Source of the DNA: Pecten maximus | Taxonomy: Eukaryota | DNA length: 64,000 bases | Reading direction: 5' to 3' | Assembly: GCF_902652985.1 (NCBI RefSeq) | Contig: NC_047020.1 | Span: 29,760,001-29,824,000 of the forward strand | In this document: piece after piece, positions 1 through 11,844 of the stretch | Position numbering within the stretch: the stretch's first letter is position 1 | How the letters are laid out: each line of letters begins with the position of its first letter | Translations under genes and position numbers: made by a program | Notes under the pieces: model-generated | What the model was told of the DNA's origin: nothing | What the model saw: the letters and a program-made list of their open reading frames with translations, nothing else | Database searches by the model: none

Positions 1-1166
1 CAATTAACATACAAGACAAGAGACAGATAAATTTTCTAACTTATACAGGTTTGATAAAGAAACTATCAACTATATATACATCGCACCAAGCAGATTAATT
101 CTTTTTTAGCTACATCTCATGAGGCAGATGAACTTACAATTTATACACTGTCACATGTACAGCATAAACATAGCTTCTGGGAAACAAACATTTAACAGTC
201 AACATAATTATGTGATTGATTCACAGAATTTGATCATGTCATTCAGCAAAAAAAGGTCAAACATTTACATACTGGGCACATGCATGGTGATAAGTAAATA
301 GTTGCATGATTGGATTTTAAGACAGTATAATTTTTCTATTGATGATAAGGATTTAAAAAATCCATTATATGTTTGATTTTTAACATGGCAGGATACAGTG
401 GATTCTCATGTGACACTGCATCCAAAAGATTAATCATCTAACTGTAAGATAAGTTACTAAAGACATTTCTTCTACATAAAAGGAAAAAGAAAACAGTACA
501 AGTTATAAAGTAAATTGAACTAAACAGTCTATATGTAGTGTACTCAACAGAATCTCTATATAAACTCCCCCTTATCAAAATTATCATCTTGACTTGTTGT
601 TTAAGATCTTATCACAAAGTGATTTACTGTGAATATTTTTGTATAGTGCACACTTTTTTCATAATTTGACAAGTGAAAAAATCCACTGCACACTATATAC
701 GCAGGTACACAAGCCTTTGCCGGTCAGATGCATGGATGTCATGAATTGTAATTGTTTCCCTCGACATTAACAATATTGAGATTCATGAAAATTTCTGCTC
801 TTTCTACCCAGAAAACTTGAACCTATAAATAAACAACTTTTAAATTAGTAAGAGAGCAAATTTGCTTCATCTGAATATTAGAGACTTATAGATTTGTTCA
901 AAATTTAAGATAAGGCAAAATTTATTCCAGATGTTCAAACATGAAGAATTTTTTTTTTTTTATTTTCACACAAGACCAGTATGGTGATCTAAAGCCACTA
1001 AAGACTGGGTTTATTAGTCACTAGAGGTTTGTATACTATGGGGATTACTCTGTGGGCAACCTTGTCACCAAACAGCACGGTGGTGATGTCTACTCACAAT
1101 ATTTAGAGCACAATATCAATGTAAGAGGGCCACATGACTGACAGGTGCCACGACATTATACGTTAC

Positions 1167-1316
1167 CAATAATGGCTGCAAGACGTCGGGGGCTCACAGC
1201 TCGGATATGAAAAGGAAACCCCCTAAGGTCCTGATATATGGGTGAGGATGAGGTTTTGTGTTTTAAGTCTGGGCTGTGTCGTGACCAGTCACTCTCGGAT
1301 TCATTGTGATTGATCC
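1167..1316 (-). CDS. Candidate MYCBP2 cassette exon (150 nt, phase 1-1)
   Basis: GC-richer open frame, TAG acceptor, G|GTAACG donor; INHNESESDWSRHSP...RAVSPRRLAAII. Confidence 0.5.
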
Positions 1317-2344
1317 CTACCCGATCGGTAAGGTGACGGCGCAGTAAACAGAAAGTACACCAAAGCATTTCAGTGAGCAAACTTAACAGGCCAATATAAA
1401 TAATAAACAGAGGGACGACAACATCAGACCTTTATCATACAATACTGATCACAAAGGCATCACAGAAAGTCAGCATACAATGATATCAGAAATAAATCCA
1501 TCATACAAATATTGCAAATCAAAACTGTAAGACTATCTGAAATCAAAATTTCAGGCCAGCATGAAGAACAGCATTGAAAACCAAAACTCTGGCTAGTCGC
1601 ATTTTAATAATCAAATAAAGAACCGAAAAAAAAAAACAAAAAATGGAAATGAAACTACGGGCTTGCTTCATAAAACAAAATAGGTCCATCAAACTCTAAA
1701 TTCAAGACAGTCAAACAATAATAGAAAAGTCATATCAAAATCAGCGATTGTTTTGAAAATAAATTTCCAGATTTTTCTCCACAACACAGCCAAAGATTAT
1801 CTTTGTAGTACGTGTAAATTTAGATAGTAGGTGGACTGAAGTATTCATCATATATCCTTTTTCATTTCATACCTTACTTTTCGTTGTTCAATTAATCTCT
1901 TTCTCAAGCCGGATATTAATCATAGCTCAATTTTAACAAAATTGTTCACACATCCGAAATAAATATTTAATTTTTTTATGGATAATGTTTCCATATTTTC
2001 ACACTGACTGCTTTCCTCAGACCAGAATATACTTGTGCATAAAAATGTGTGCAGTCGTAAATTGATAACAGAAAAGATAAACGAAGCTCGCAAACCTGAT
2101 TTTAGCTGAATGATTACCACATGATCAACTTGAAAAAAATTGCCTTATGGTTAAACATGAAAATATTATGAAAAAAAAAAAAAAAAATGTTAGTAAGATC
2201 ACCTTTGATTTCTGGAAATTTCAATGAATAAAATTCAATGACAAATGCATGAAATGAAAGAAGATAAAACCACTTAGCTTTTAAGTGTCATGAGTGTTGA
2301 TATCTACTGATGGTAGACCACAGTCAATGTTTAGATAACCATGA

Positions 2345-3075
2345 GACAATGACAGTGACAGTCAATATTAATATATCCATCAGAAATGATAGGCAAGTCA
2401 ATATTTATATCTCCATCATAGAATGATAGTCAAGTCAATATTTATATCTCCATCAGAGAATGATAGTCAAGTCAATATTTATATCTCCATCAGAGAATGA
2501 TAGGCAAGTCAATATTTATATCTCCATCAGAGAATGATAGTCAAGTCAATATTTATATCTCCATCAGAAATGATAGTCAAGTCAATATTTATATCTCCAT
2601 CAGAGAATGATAGTCAAGTCAATATTTATATCTCCATCATAGAATGATAGTCAAGTCAATATTTATATCTCCATCAGAGAATGATAGTCAAGTCAATATT
2701 TATATCTCCATCAGAGAATGATAGTCAAGTCAATATTTATATCTCCATCAGAGAATGATAGTCAAGTCAATATTTATATCTCCATCAGAGAATGATAGTC
2801 AAGCCAATATTTATATCTCCATCAGAGAATGATATTCAACAGTCAATATTTATATCTCCATCATAGAATGATAGTCAAGTCAATATTTATATCTCCATCA
2901 TAGAATGATATTCAAGTCAATATTTATATCTCTATCATAGAATGATAGTCAAGTCAATATTTATATCTCCATCACAGAATGATAGTCAAGTCAATATTTA
3001 TATCTCTATCATAGAATGATATTCAAGTCAATATTTATATCTCTATCATAGAATGATATTCAACAGTCAATATTT
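2345..3075. repeat. 37-bp minisatellite, ~19 copies (intronic)
   Basis: Unit AGTCAAGTCAATATTTATATCTCCATCAGAGAATGAT. Confidence 0.95.
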
Positions 3076-3260
3076 AAACTCAGATAATCATATAAAACAA
3101 ACTCGTATTGAGGCAATGACTTGGAAATAAACTACTGTAGTTAAAAACTGAAAATTTGTAACAATGTTGAATGAAATAATGTGTGGCTAGAAAAGTGCTT
3201 TGGACAGAGACCACGAAGAAGGCAGCCAACGTACACATAGAAAAGAGAAATGTTTCGTAC

Positions 3261-3326
3261 CTACGGCTCCATAGATTCCTTCACACTCACCGTAACCCTT
3301 CGACATAAAATCCTTGCAGCCAAAGA
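3261..3326 (-). CDS. Candidate MYCBP2 cassette exon (66 nt, or 36 nt using the donor at 3291)
   Basis: AAG acceptor after a T-run; two in-frame phase-1 donors (G|GTGAGT, G|GTACGA); VFGCKDFMSKGYGECEGIYGAV. Confidence 0.35.
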   Translation of the reverse strand, partial: SLAARILCRRVTVSVKESMEP

Positions 3327-4845
3327 CTTTAAAAACATAGTAATGACATTAGAAGCCTGGTGAAGATGATAAGCATACTCTCCTACAAGAACGTGCATTC
3401 TTAGTAAAGATCAGTTAGATTTTGTATTTAACAATTATATTTCTCTTACCCTTATTGAATAAGTCGTCAACAGATGAAATTGGTATCAAATGGTGGTGAC
3501 TTGATATCACAATTAAGGTTGTTTTTTTTAACCTTTTCCACAGGTTAAAATGTAAAGATCAGGAAAGCTACATTTGTTCACAATTATATCATAATACAAA
3601 GACTTAAACATATTTTATAAAGTAAAATCCATGCTTCGATCTTTAAAGGAAAAATAAATATATTTTGCAGTAATTTTCATACCTGTAAAACCTTGGCCTA
3701 CAGCATTGACATGTAGGTGAGCATGCTCTAAGATTATAATATGATAAATGTATAGCCTACATTGGTTTCCCAGTCAAGATTTACTATTGTCATCAGACCT
3801 TCTGTATTGTAAAGAGAATCATAACAGTCAAGGCGAATCACAGGAGTGCCAACACAAGGAAAACCACATAAATACAACCAAAATTCAACGTGTGTGCAAC
3901 TCAAACAAATATAGCAATGTCTTGTAACCTAGATATTTCTTTATCATTATTATAATGTTCCTGACCTGGGGAAATGTGTGTCAAGCAAGAAATTAAAATA
4001 CCTAGAATCATACTATTAAATTAAATAGTAAAATCAAGTACATAGTAGCTTTTACAATAATATTACTTTCAGATTTTTAAAAGAAAGCATTTCTACTTCT
4101 CCTATTGATGAGAAACAGAACGTTCATTACAAGTCATGTACATTAATCTCATTGCTAAGTTAAATCACACCTGGGCAGACAATAAATGTATCAACACAAA
4201 CATAATGAAAACTACAATTCAATAATGAAATATCATTTAAAATTTAATAAATATATTAAAATGTAACAATTATAGATTTAAGGAATAACTTCATTGTAAA
4301 CATGCTTCTGTCAAAATCAAAAAGTCTGTTTCTTGCCTGGAAATGAATATCTTGGCTCTCTTAACAATATTCTCTCTTTTTGAATATCTTAGCTCTTTTA
4401 TCAAATTCTAAATATTCTTTCTTTTTTTTTCAAAGAAAAAAACTGAAACATACTGATCTAGCTAACCTCATAATTATCAACTTCAGAAAAAAATGTCTGA
4501 AGACTATTTTGATTCAACTATGTATAAAATGATATATCTCTATCAAATAAACTATTCCATCTGCTACTATGTACACTCTCTCTTGTGTAATCATATCTAT
4601 ACTATTTCACTCTGAATTATATTTAACAAGTCTGCCCAGATTGCAGTCAGTGTTTTAGTTATAGATAGAAGTAGACTGCAGTTCTTATGCACTACACTGT
4701 AAACAGAACAAAAGAAATATTGAATGATAGCTGCTGTAAACTGAAGAAGGTGCAATGAAAACTAACAGATGTTTAGAAAAGAGGACCTGCCACCAAAACA
4801 ATAAGTCGTGCTACTGTTGTTAAATACACTGATCACATTACTCAC

Positions 4846-5178
4846 CTAGAGCTTTGACAAGTTCCTTGACAGAAACACCCTGTAATTCAGGAGGAACAGT
4901 GTTGCCATCCCGTCGTGAGGATTTAGGTGAGCCTGGGGCAGGTGACCTATTACTGGTGATGACTGCTAGGGATGGGGAATCTAATCGTGCTGGAGACACA
5001 GTCTGGGGTGAAAAGGAAACTGGAGAGGATCGCTTTTTTGTGAAGCTGGCTGAAGGAAGAGATTGGACACGGGTCAGCTCTTTGGTGTGGGATGTCCCAC
5101 CTTCAGAGTGATAGCCATTGCTCATACCAAACGATGGTGCAGGTGACTGGCCAAAAGATGGTCCATTGGATCCCGAAC
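4846..5178 (-). CDS. MYCBP2: MYCBP2 exon 58 (Ser/Pro-rich)
   Basis: Open 333 nt, TAG acceptor, GTGAGT donor; ends PPELQGVSVKELVKAL. Confidence 0.85.
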
Positions 5179-5532
5179 CTAGCCAAAGAAAAAAATTCTG
5201 ATTACACATGTCTATTTGTTTCCTACACATTTTTTTGTTTTCGTTAAAAATATCAATTAATTGTTTTCCAATTTTGGTAAGCAGGAAATTACTAAGGATA
5301 AAAAAGAAGCAATTAATACGACCAACTTTATGTCTCTCTTCATGTCAACTTTGTGACTGCTTCCATAGAAACCATTTTCTTTCATGTTTAAATCCTCTGC
5401 CTTACACTAATGAACAAAGCACTAAAAAGAATAAAATACTTTCATTATGTCATATAAATCTTTCTACTTCATTCTAACAGGACATATGTTAGAAGGTCTA
5501 TCCCAAAGGTTCATATGAAACAATATACTTAC

Positions 5533-5589
5533 TCTGGTTACCAAAGGCAAATGCACTTGAAGGTAGGCTAGCACTCCTGGCAAAGTTAG
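5533..5589 (-). CDS. MYCBP2: MYCBP2 exon 57 (57 nt, symmetric phase 1)
   Basis: TAG acceptor, GTAAGT donor; ANFARSASLPSSAFAFGNQ. Confidence 0.72.
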
Positions 5590-5910
5590 CTATAACAGAA
5601 AATGGCAGTGGACATGGTTACAGAAATATCTTTTTTCCGGTACTGGTAAAGTTATCTTTTATACAGAAAATGGAATTGTTACAAACCGAAATATCTGTTT
5701 CCCCAATACTGGTAAAATTAACGATAACAGAAAAGGCAGGGGACATGGCTACAGACAGAAATATCTATTTCCCCAATACTCGTAAAATTAACAATAGCAG
5801 AAAATGGCAGGGGACATGGCTACAGAAATATCTATTCTGCGGTACTGGTAAAATTAACAATTACGGCAGTGGACATTGTTACGGAAATAAATTTAGCTAT
5901 AACAAAAAAC
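5575..5910. repeat. Degenerate ~62-bp tandem repeat overlapping the exon 57 acceptor
   Basis: Recurring TACTGGTAAA...ACAGAAAATGGCAG(T/G)GGACATGG(C/T)TACAGAAATATC. Confidence 0.8.
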
Positions 5911-6000
5911 GCATCTAGATTTTCTGTCAAGTCAGTAAAAAGACACCACTGTAAATCTGACTATAAAACACAGACCACAAGACAGGTGTTCTGTACATAC

Positions 6001-6298
6001 CTGGAGAAGGGTGTGTTCCTCCAAACACAGATCCTGGGGTACCAAACACAGAGTACTGAGATGAAGCCTGCGGTGAGGCTCCAAAGTCAAAGCCCTTAGC
6101 AACAGCTGCATTGAGTGTGTTGAAAGAGAAAGGGTCCTTTTCTCCACTTAGGGGTAGTTCAGGGATGTCGGCCTCATGTTGAAGGTACACGATTCCTTCC
6201 TTCCCTGCTACTAAGGACCATGTTTCCCCTTCTTGTTGACAGAACTGTTCTGCACTCTCAGGGTCGATCTTCACCCAAAGCCCATCCTGATTGGTTAC
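6001..6298 (-). CDS. MYCBP2: MYCBP2 exon 56
   Basis: VTNQDGLWV...EGETWSL...YLQHE...GFDFG. Confidence 0.92.
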
Positions 6299-6703
6299 CT
6301 GGGAATGTTAAAGGACATCCTTTTGGTTAACTCATTATTCTATCATATGAGCATATAGCTACAATTTTTTTAATTGGAAAGAAAATGCCTGAAACAGTGA
6401 ATGCATTCTCAGATAGTTTATTTGTCTAATGCATTTATAGGTCCATAATTACCTTTTAGTTCACACTACGTGACTGTCCCTTAGAATTAGTACTGCTTAG
6501 TTCTGTGTAATGAACAGTACTCCATTATGTGTGTCAATTTGTTGATCATATTTATGTTAGTGGCATAAGAGATATACATCAGTCAATAAGAATATTGAAC
6601 ATTCGTCAACATATTGTGATAAGAAAATCCACCGATAGTTCTACTAACAACATAAATATACATAATTGTAAAATGATCAGTATACAATACTCATGTAACT
6701 TAC

Positions 6704-6828
6704 ATCTTCGAGTGCTGTGATTCTATCTCCAAGGGTAAGCATCCCGACTGGTGTGGCTTTGAGACTGGGGCGGCAACGGATATTATGGCCAAATGACCCG
6801 CATTTCAACACCTGGTAAACACCTGGAC
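6704..6828 (-). CDS. MYCBP2: MYCBP2 exon 55
   Basis: GPGVYQVLK...GHNIRCRPSL. Confidence 0.94.
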
Positions 6829-7146
6829 CTAAACAGGCATAAGAAAAATTACTAATGGCAACAATAACTCCATGTCTTAGAGACTTTTCCTAAAATTACA
6901 TAATGATCTCAAAAATGTAAATGATAACGTCCAGAAAATAAAGGTCTTCAGAAAATAATGGTCTTTTTAATTGATGTATATTATTACAGGAGACTACACA
7001 AGAAACTTTTGTGTTTCTTATGAAAGTAACTTATTGTCTTTTTTTTCTTGTTTGATTCCAATGAATAGACTTATTCCTAAATTTGAAGAATTTAAAAAGT
7101 TAATTCCCTAATGTAACCTGACCCAAATTTAAACACTTGAACTTAC

Positions 7147-7375
7147 CCCTCTTAGGCTTGTTAGTCTCTGCTCTGACGAGTTCTGGCAGCTTCTTGAGGA
7201 TGGTCTCTTTAATGATCTCATCCATGAGAGACTTTGGCTCCTCTAATGGTACCAGTAGGGTCTTACCCAGGTGTTGGTTATACTGTAGACACCAGCCCTC
7301 GATATGGCCACTTATACACCAGTCATTTAGTGACTCCTGGCTCAGTCTCAGCCATACACCATCATCATTGTGAAC
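7147..7375 (-). CDS. MYCBP2: MYCBP2 exon 54
   Basis: HNDDGVWLRL...WCLQYNQHLGKTLLVP. Confidence 0.95.
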
Positions 7376-8120
7376 CTGTATCAGTTGGGTTAATATAAAT
7401 CAAGATTAAATTAATTGACAGTAAGTGGATAACATGGGTTAGATCAATGCACAGAGCAAAAGGAATAACATGACAGTACTTCTAATAAATAGTTTTGTGG
7501 CCCAGCAAGGAAAAAGTGTATACAACTTAATACCCGAGTAAATCCATACAATTCTTCTGTATTCAGTCTTGTGGACCCACAGGGATAACATACGGGTTGT
7601 AAATCTTGACAATTCCACTACATAACTGTAACTGTAACCCAATCTCGAGATTTTGATAATTCTATTAGCTAAACTATATGCATGGGAGTTATTTTCGCAT
7701 TAGATGTACATTTTTGTTTTCTTGCACACACATTCCAGAAATACTACCTAAATCTCATAACAATACATGCCGGGAAGATGTTTGCGACTAAATTAACTTT
7801 GCATATTCAGCATAAATTTCTCCTCCATGTGAATTTCCAAGATTACAATATCATAAGTTAGGTGGGTCTGTATATTGTCTATAAGGATACTAGTGGTTAT
7901 TATACATAATGGACCAGGAGTAGTGTTTTGTACAGGGTTTTATACTTTTATTGACCATAACATATCTTTTAACTGGTTTATTGTTTGCCTATGCAATCTT
8001 TCTACATACACAACAGATACAACTTAAACTGACACTTTGATAAAACAGAATGGCACTGCTACACATTTGTAACTTAAACCTTGTGTATATATTATAGTGC
8101 TATATAGATGTCATGTTTAC

Positions 8121-8237
8121 CTCATCAACAAAAGAGATGACACCCTCAGGCTGTATGATTCCCAGCTGTTCACTCTGGAGGGAGGGGTTCACTCGTATCC
8201 TCAGACCTGCACTGTTCTTAGCTACAAATCTACGCAT
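8121..8237 (-). CDS. MYCBP2: MYCBP2 exon 53
   Basis: FVAKNSAGLRIRVNPSLQSEQLG. Confidence 0.95.
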
Positions 8238-8498
8238 CTGAAACATCAAATCAGGATATTATGAAATTCTAGAGGAATATTTGCAATATCATCAACAAGA
8301 TTTTTTTTTTTTTTTGTAAAAGTTTTATAATTACAAGCAAATGACAGCTTTATTGAACTTTGTTGAAACAATCACCGCAAGGCAGGACATGCTGTGATCC
8401 CAAGACTCCTTTCAAATGCAAATTATGCCACGTAGGGATATAATTTATATTGATCCAGTTGATAGTAACAGTAATAAGTATCTGCAGTGTAACATTAC

Positions 8499-8587
8499 CC
8501 GATTCTGTTGGTGCGGCTTTTTCTCGTTCTTGGTTGGTGGAGTCAGCCCCTGGGGAGCCTCCTTCACTTCCACCTTGACCACCTCTC
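8499..8587 (-). CDS. MYCBP2: MYCBP2 exon 52
   Basis: KVEVKEAPQGLTPP. Confidence 0.9.
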
Positions 8588-8863
8588 CTGTAATAAAACA
8601 TTTAAAATCAAGGTACAGCAGCACTGATGATTCCTGCCAGAGATAATCAACTCAACAGTTTTCCTTCCATGATTCTTCATTAATTCTCTATGTAGATTCA
8701 GAACCTATAAACTCACATCAAATTTCTGTGGAAGGTGACATTTCATGATGGTGGCTATGAAAATTATCTAGAAGAGATAAAATGTCCATGAATCATTATC
8801 AAATTAATTAATCTATTATAAGAAGCTAGGGGTCATGTGGCACAAGTTGAAACCTGACAGTAC

Positions 8864-9035
8864 CTGCTTCAAAGCCATCGATAGTGACATGTATATTGTA
8901 GAAGCCGACGCTGCCCGGTGTCCAGTTGGCACTGAAGGTTCCGTCATTGTTTGCTCTGACCAGCATGTTCTCACTAGGACGAAGAACAGCTGGAGCAGCA
9001 AACCTAAGCTCCTCAAATGAGTAGTTCTCATAGGC
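8864..9035 (-). CDS. MYCBP2: MYCBP2 exon 51 (RAE1-binding region)
   Basis: YENYSFEELRFA...RPSENML...ANWTPG. Confidence 0.96.
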
Positions 9036-9330
9036 CTACAGGGAAAACAAAGAGTTTAGATACCCAGACACCTATACACAAATACAATAAAGTGATATAC
9101 TACATTCTAATAGTTATATCCAATTAGAATGCTTCAGTGAATTTGACTATGTTTACAAAATAAAAAATATACAGTGAAAAACGTACATCTGACATTAATA
9201 CAATCCTATGGGAAAACACAGAATGCTTACCGATTCTTATATAGCTGCATTCAATTTGATAAATAGTTTGCATTGAATATAACAATCCATATTGATAAAC
9301 TTTAAGTAGACTATGTTTTTTGCACCATAC

Positions 9331-9519
9331 CTTCATCATACAGATGGCATGGAAGACATCCTTCCTGTCCTTGACTGTAGGTTCATAAGGTGTATCTAGA
9401 CAGGGAGGAGGGTGGCCTCCAAATGTCATATTACCCTCGTCAGGACGACTCAGTCTGCGGACACGTTTCTCATCCTCTCCCAATACACCCATATCGACAG
9501 GTACAGCCTTTACTTCAAC
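9331..9519 (-). CDS. MYCBP2: MYCBP2 exon 50
   Basis: VEVKAVPV...MTFGG...AICMMK. Confidence 0.94.
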
Positions 9520-9634
9520 CTATAAAAGGTGTTCAATATTAAACTGTTACAAAGTAAACCTACTGTTATAGTCCAAATTACTTCTGAGTAATTCAATTTC
9601 ATAATTTAAAAGTGAACTTTCAATATTTCTTTTA

Positions 9635-10640
9635 GTCAGCACTTATCCTGGATTCTAGAACTAAAACCTATTAAGTACAATGCCTTTCGTCTGACATTAC
9701 CGTGGACTCTAGGACTAAAACCAATAGAATAATGAACTTTGGCTTATCTTTATCCTGGACTCTTAGACTCAACCTTGATATGGTATTTTTTGTTTGGTCT
9801 GCCTTTACCTTCAGGTTTTAAACTATTCGTAAGCTTTCATTGGCCTATGGTGTTATCCAGAGCCCCGTTCGATTTGCACTCTTCTAAGAAGAGAAGCCTT
9901 CTAAGAAGATCGTATTCCGTTATATGTAAATCGAGTAAACCGGGAGAATAAAACAAAAAATAAGCAAGTTTTTAAGTTTTCTCAAACACGATGACACAAA
10001 CATGTGCATGTATGTGTTATAAATCCTTCTCTAGTGAAACTCATCACTCGCACACTTAAAACATGGTCGCCGCCATCTTGGAAGATAAATCTTCCAGCTT
10101 CGAGACGGAAGAGGTAGAAGATCTTCCAGAAGCAGAAGAGCTTCAAATCGAGTGACCGGAAGATATATTCTAGAATGAGAAGAGTGCAAATCGAACGGGG
10201 CTCTGGACTATAGACCTGAATCCTAAAGTACTAATTAATTTTGTCTGGCCTTACCTTCAGTTCTGGGACTAAAATCCATTAAATACTAGTATTAACTATT
10301 TGGTCTGGCCTTACCTTGAGATCTGGGACTGCAACCCATTAAATACTAGTATTAATTACTTGGTTGGGACATTCACAGAGTTCTGTGACTGAAACCCATG
10401 AAATAATTATTTGGTCTGACCTTTCACCAAGTTCTGGGTCTGAAAAACTTGATGTATTAATTATTCAGTCTGACCTTACCCTGAGTTCTGGGACTGAAAC
10501 CCATGAAATATTAATTATATGGTCTGGCCTTTCACCCGAGTTTTGAGCCTGAAAGTATTAATCATCTGTCTGACCTTTCACCGAGTTTTGAGCATGTAAG
10601 TATTAATCATCTGCCTGGCCTTACCCTGAGTTCTGGGACA
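9635..10640. repeat. Degenerate ~56-60-bp tandem repeat copied from the exon 49 end and donor, split by a MITE
   Basis: Recurring TCTGGCCTTACCCTGAGTTCTGGGACT. Confidence 0.8.
9856..10207. mobile_element. MITE with perfect 30-bp terminal inverted repeats (PIF/Harbinger-like)
   Basis: TCCAGAGCCCCGTTCGATTTGCACTCTTCT at 9856-9885 and its reverse complement at 10178-10207; CpG-rich; GAAGA subterminal motifs. Confidence 0.85.
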
Positions 10641-10769
10641 TTGACCAGGTGGTTGTACTGATCCTTTGTCAGCACAGTGATGACTGCTGGCCAGCTACAT
10701 TTGAGCTCCTCTTTGTTATAAACAATCTCACACTGTGAAGGGTCGAGGTAAGAGTCGGGCTGGAGCCAC
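10625..10769 (-). CDS. MYCBP2: MYCBP2 exon 49 (filamin-like fold start)
   Basis: WLQPDSYLDP...TKDQY. Confidence 0.95.
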
Positions 10770-11059
10770 CTTCAAATATATTTAGCGTCTCCCCATCATA
10801 AATAAATAGCTAGCTTTTTCAGTAAAAAAAAAACCACGTTGATTTCCAAATTAAAGCTTTTTTTTTTATCTTCATTGTCAGATATGGAAAATCTTGGATA
10901 ATTTTGAACACAAAATTACGTATATCAAATTGTTTATTTGAGATTCATTGAACATATTAAATCATTATCAAAATTAATTAAAAGTAAATATTGGTAAGTT
11001 GTTATCAATTATTCAAATCAGATTCAATTAAGTTCTGAGATCTGTGTCCAAATATGTAC

Positions 11060-11232
11060 CTGGCTAATCGTCCACCACTGGTACCAGGGCTGCATGACAC
11101 AAAGTCTTTGAGGAAGGAACGCTCATTGGACTGCCAGCAGAATGGAAGGTTACCCTCCAGGGCCTGCATGATGGTGGGAGGGTGGGACAGAGCAAAACCC
11201 TTCTCTAACAGTGATGAATGAGCATTGAATAC
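11060..11232 (-). CDS. MYCBP2: MYCBP2 exon 48
   Basis: KGFALSHPPTIMQALEGNLP...GGRLA. Confidence 0.95.
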
Positions 11233-11454
11233 CTGGTGTTATAAAACAACATTCTGAGTACACGTCAGTTAATTTCTTATGTATTCATGTGTCACATATC
11301 AGCTTTCCTTTCTACCTTTGAGTCAGTACCTGTTTCCAGTCTTCATCAAATCTGATTTAATTTTCAATACTATTAGTAGCAAAATGCTATTATTAAATTT
11401 TCAGTAGCAAATGCTTTTTTTATAATAATTACATATCATGCTGTATGTACTTAC

Positions 11455-11510
11455 CAACTGTGTACTTTCATCTATAAAATCCATGTCTTCGTCAAGTTCC
11501 TCCATGGTCA
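11455..11510 (-). CDS. MYCBP2: MYCBP2 exon 47
   Basis: EELDEDMDFIDE. Confidence 0.9.
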
Positions 11511-11742
11511 CTGTAAAACAATGCATACAGTAAGTTAATGACATATTAACATGATTGTTTTAGGTAAGGTATAAGTGAACTTTCAATAGTTAACTTTGAG
11601 AACACATACTTCTACTATAACAGCAAATAGCAATCCACGACATCTTTGCTGATAAAAAAACAAACTGTTAAAGTATTTTATTTGTAGAAATTCTGTGTAA
11701 TACTACTGATAAATTCTTAAGAATGTTTGCTTGCAGACTTAC

Positions 11743-11830
11743 CTGGGGGTAGGCCAATATCCTTTTTGATGAGAGAGCCAGAACACATGCCACCCAGGTA
11801 GGCCAACTCCTGTTCTAACTGTAGAAGGTT
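11743..11830 (-). CDS. MYCBP2: MYCBP2 exon 46
   Basis: QLEQELAYLGGMC. Confidence 0.93.
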
Positions 11831-11844
11831 CTACAAAACAAAAT

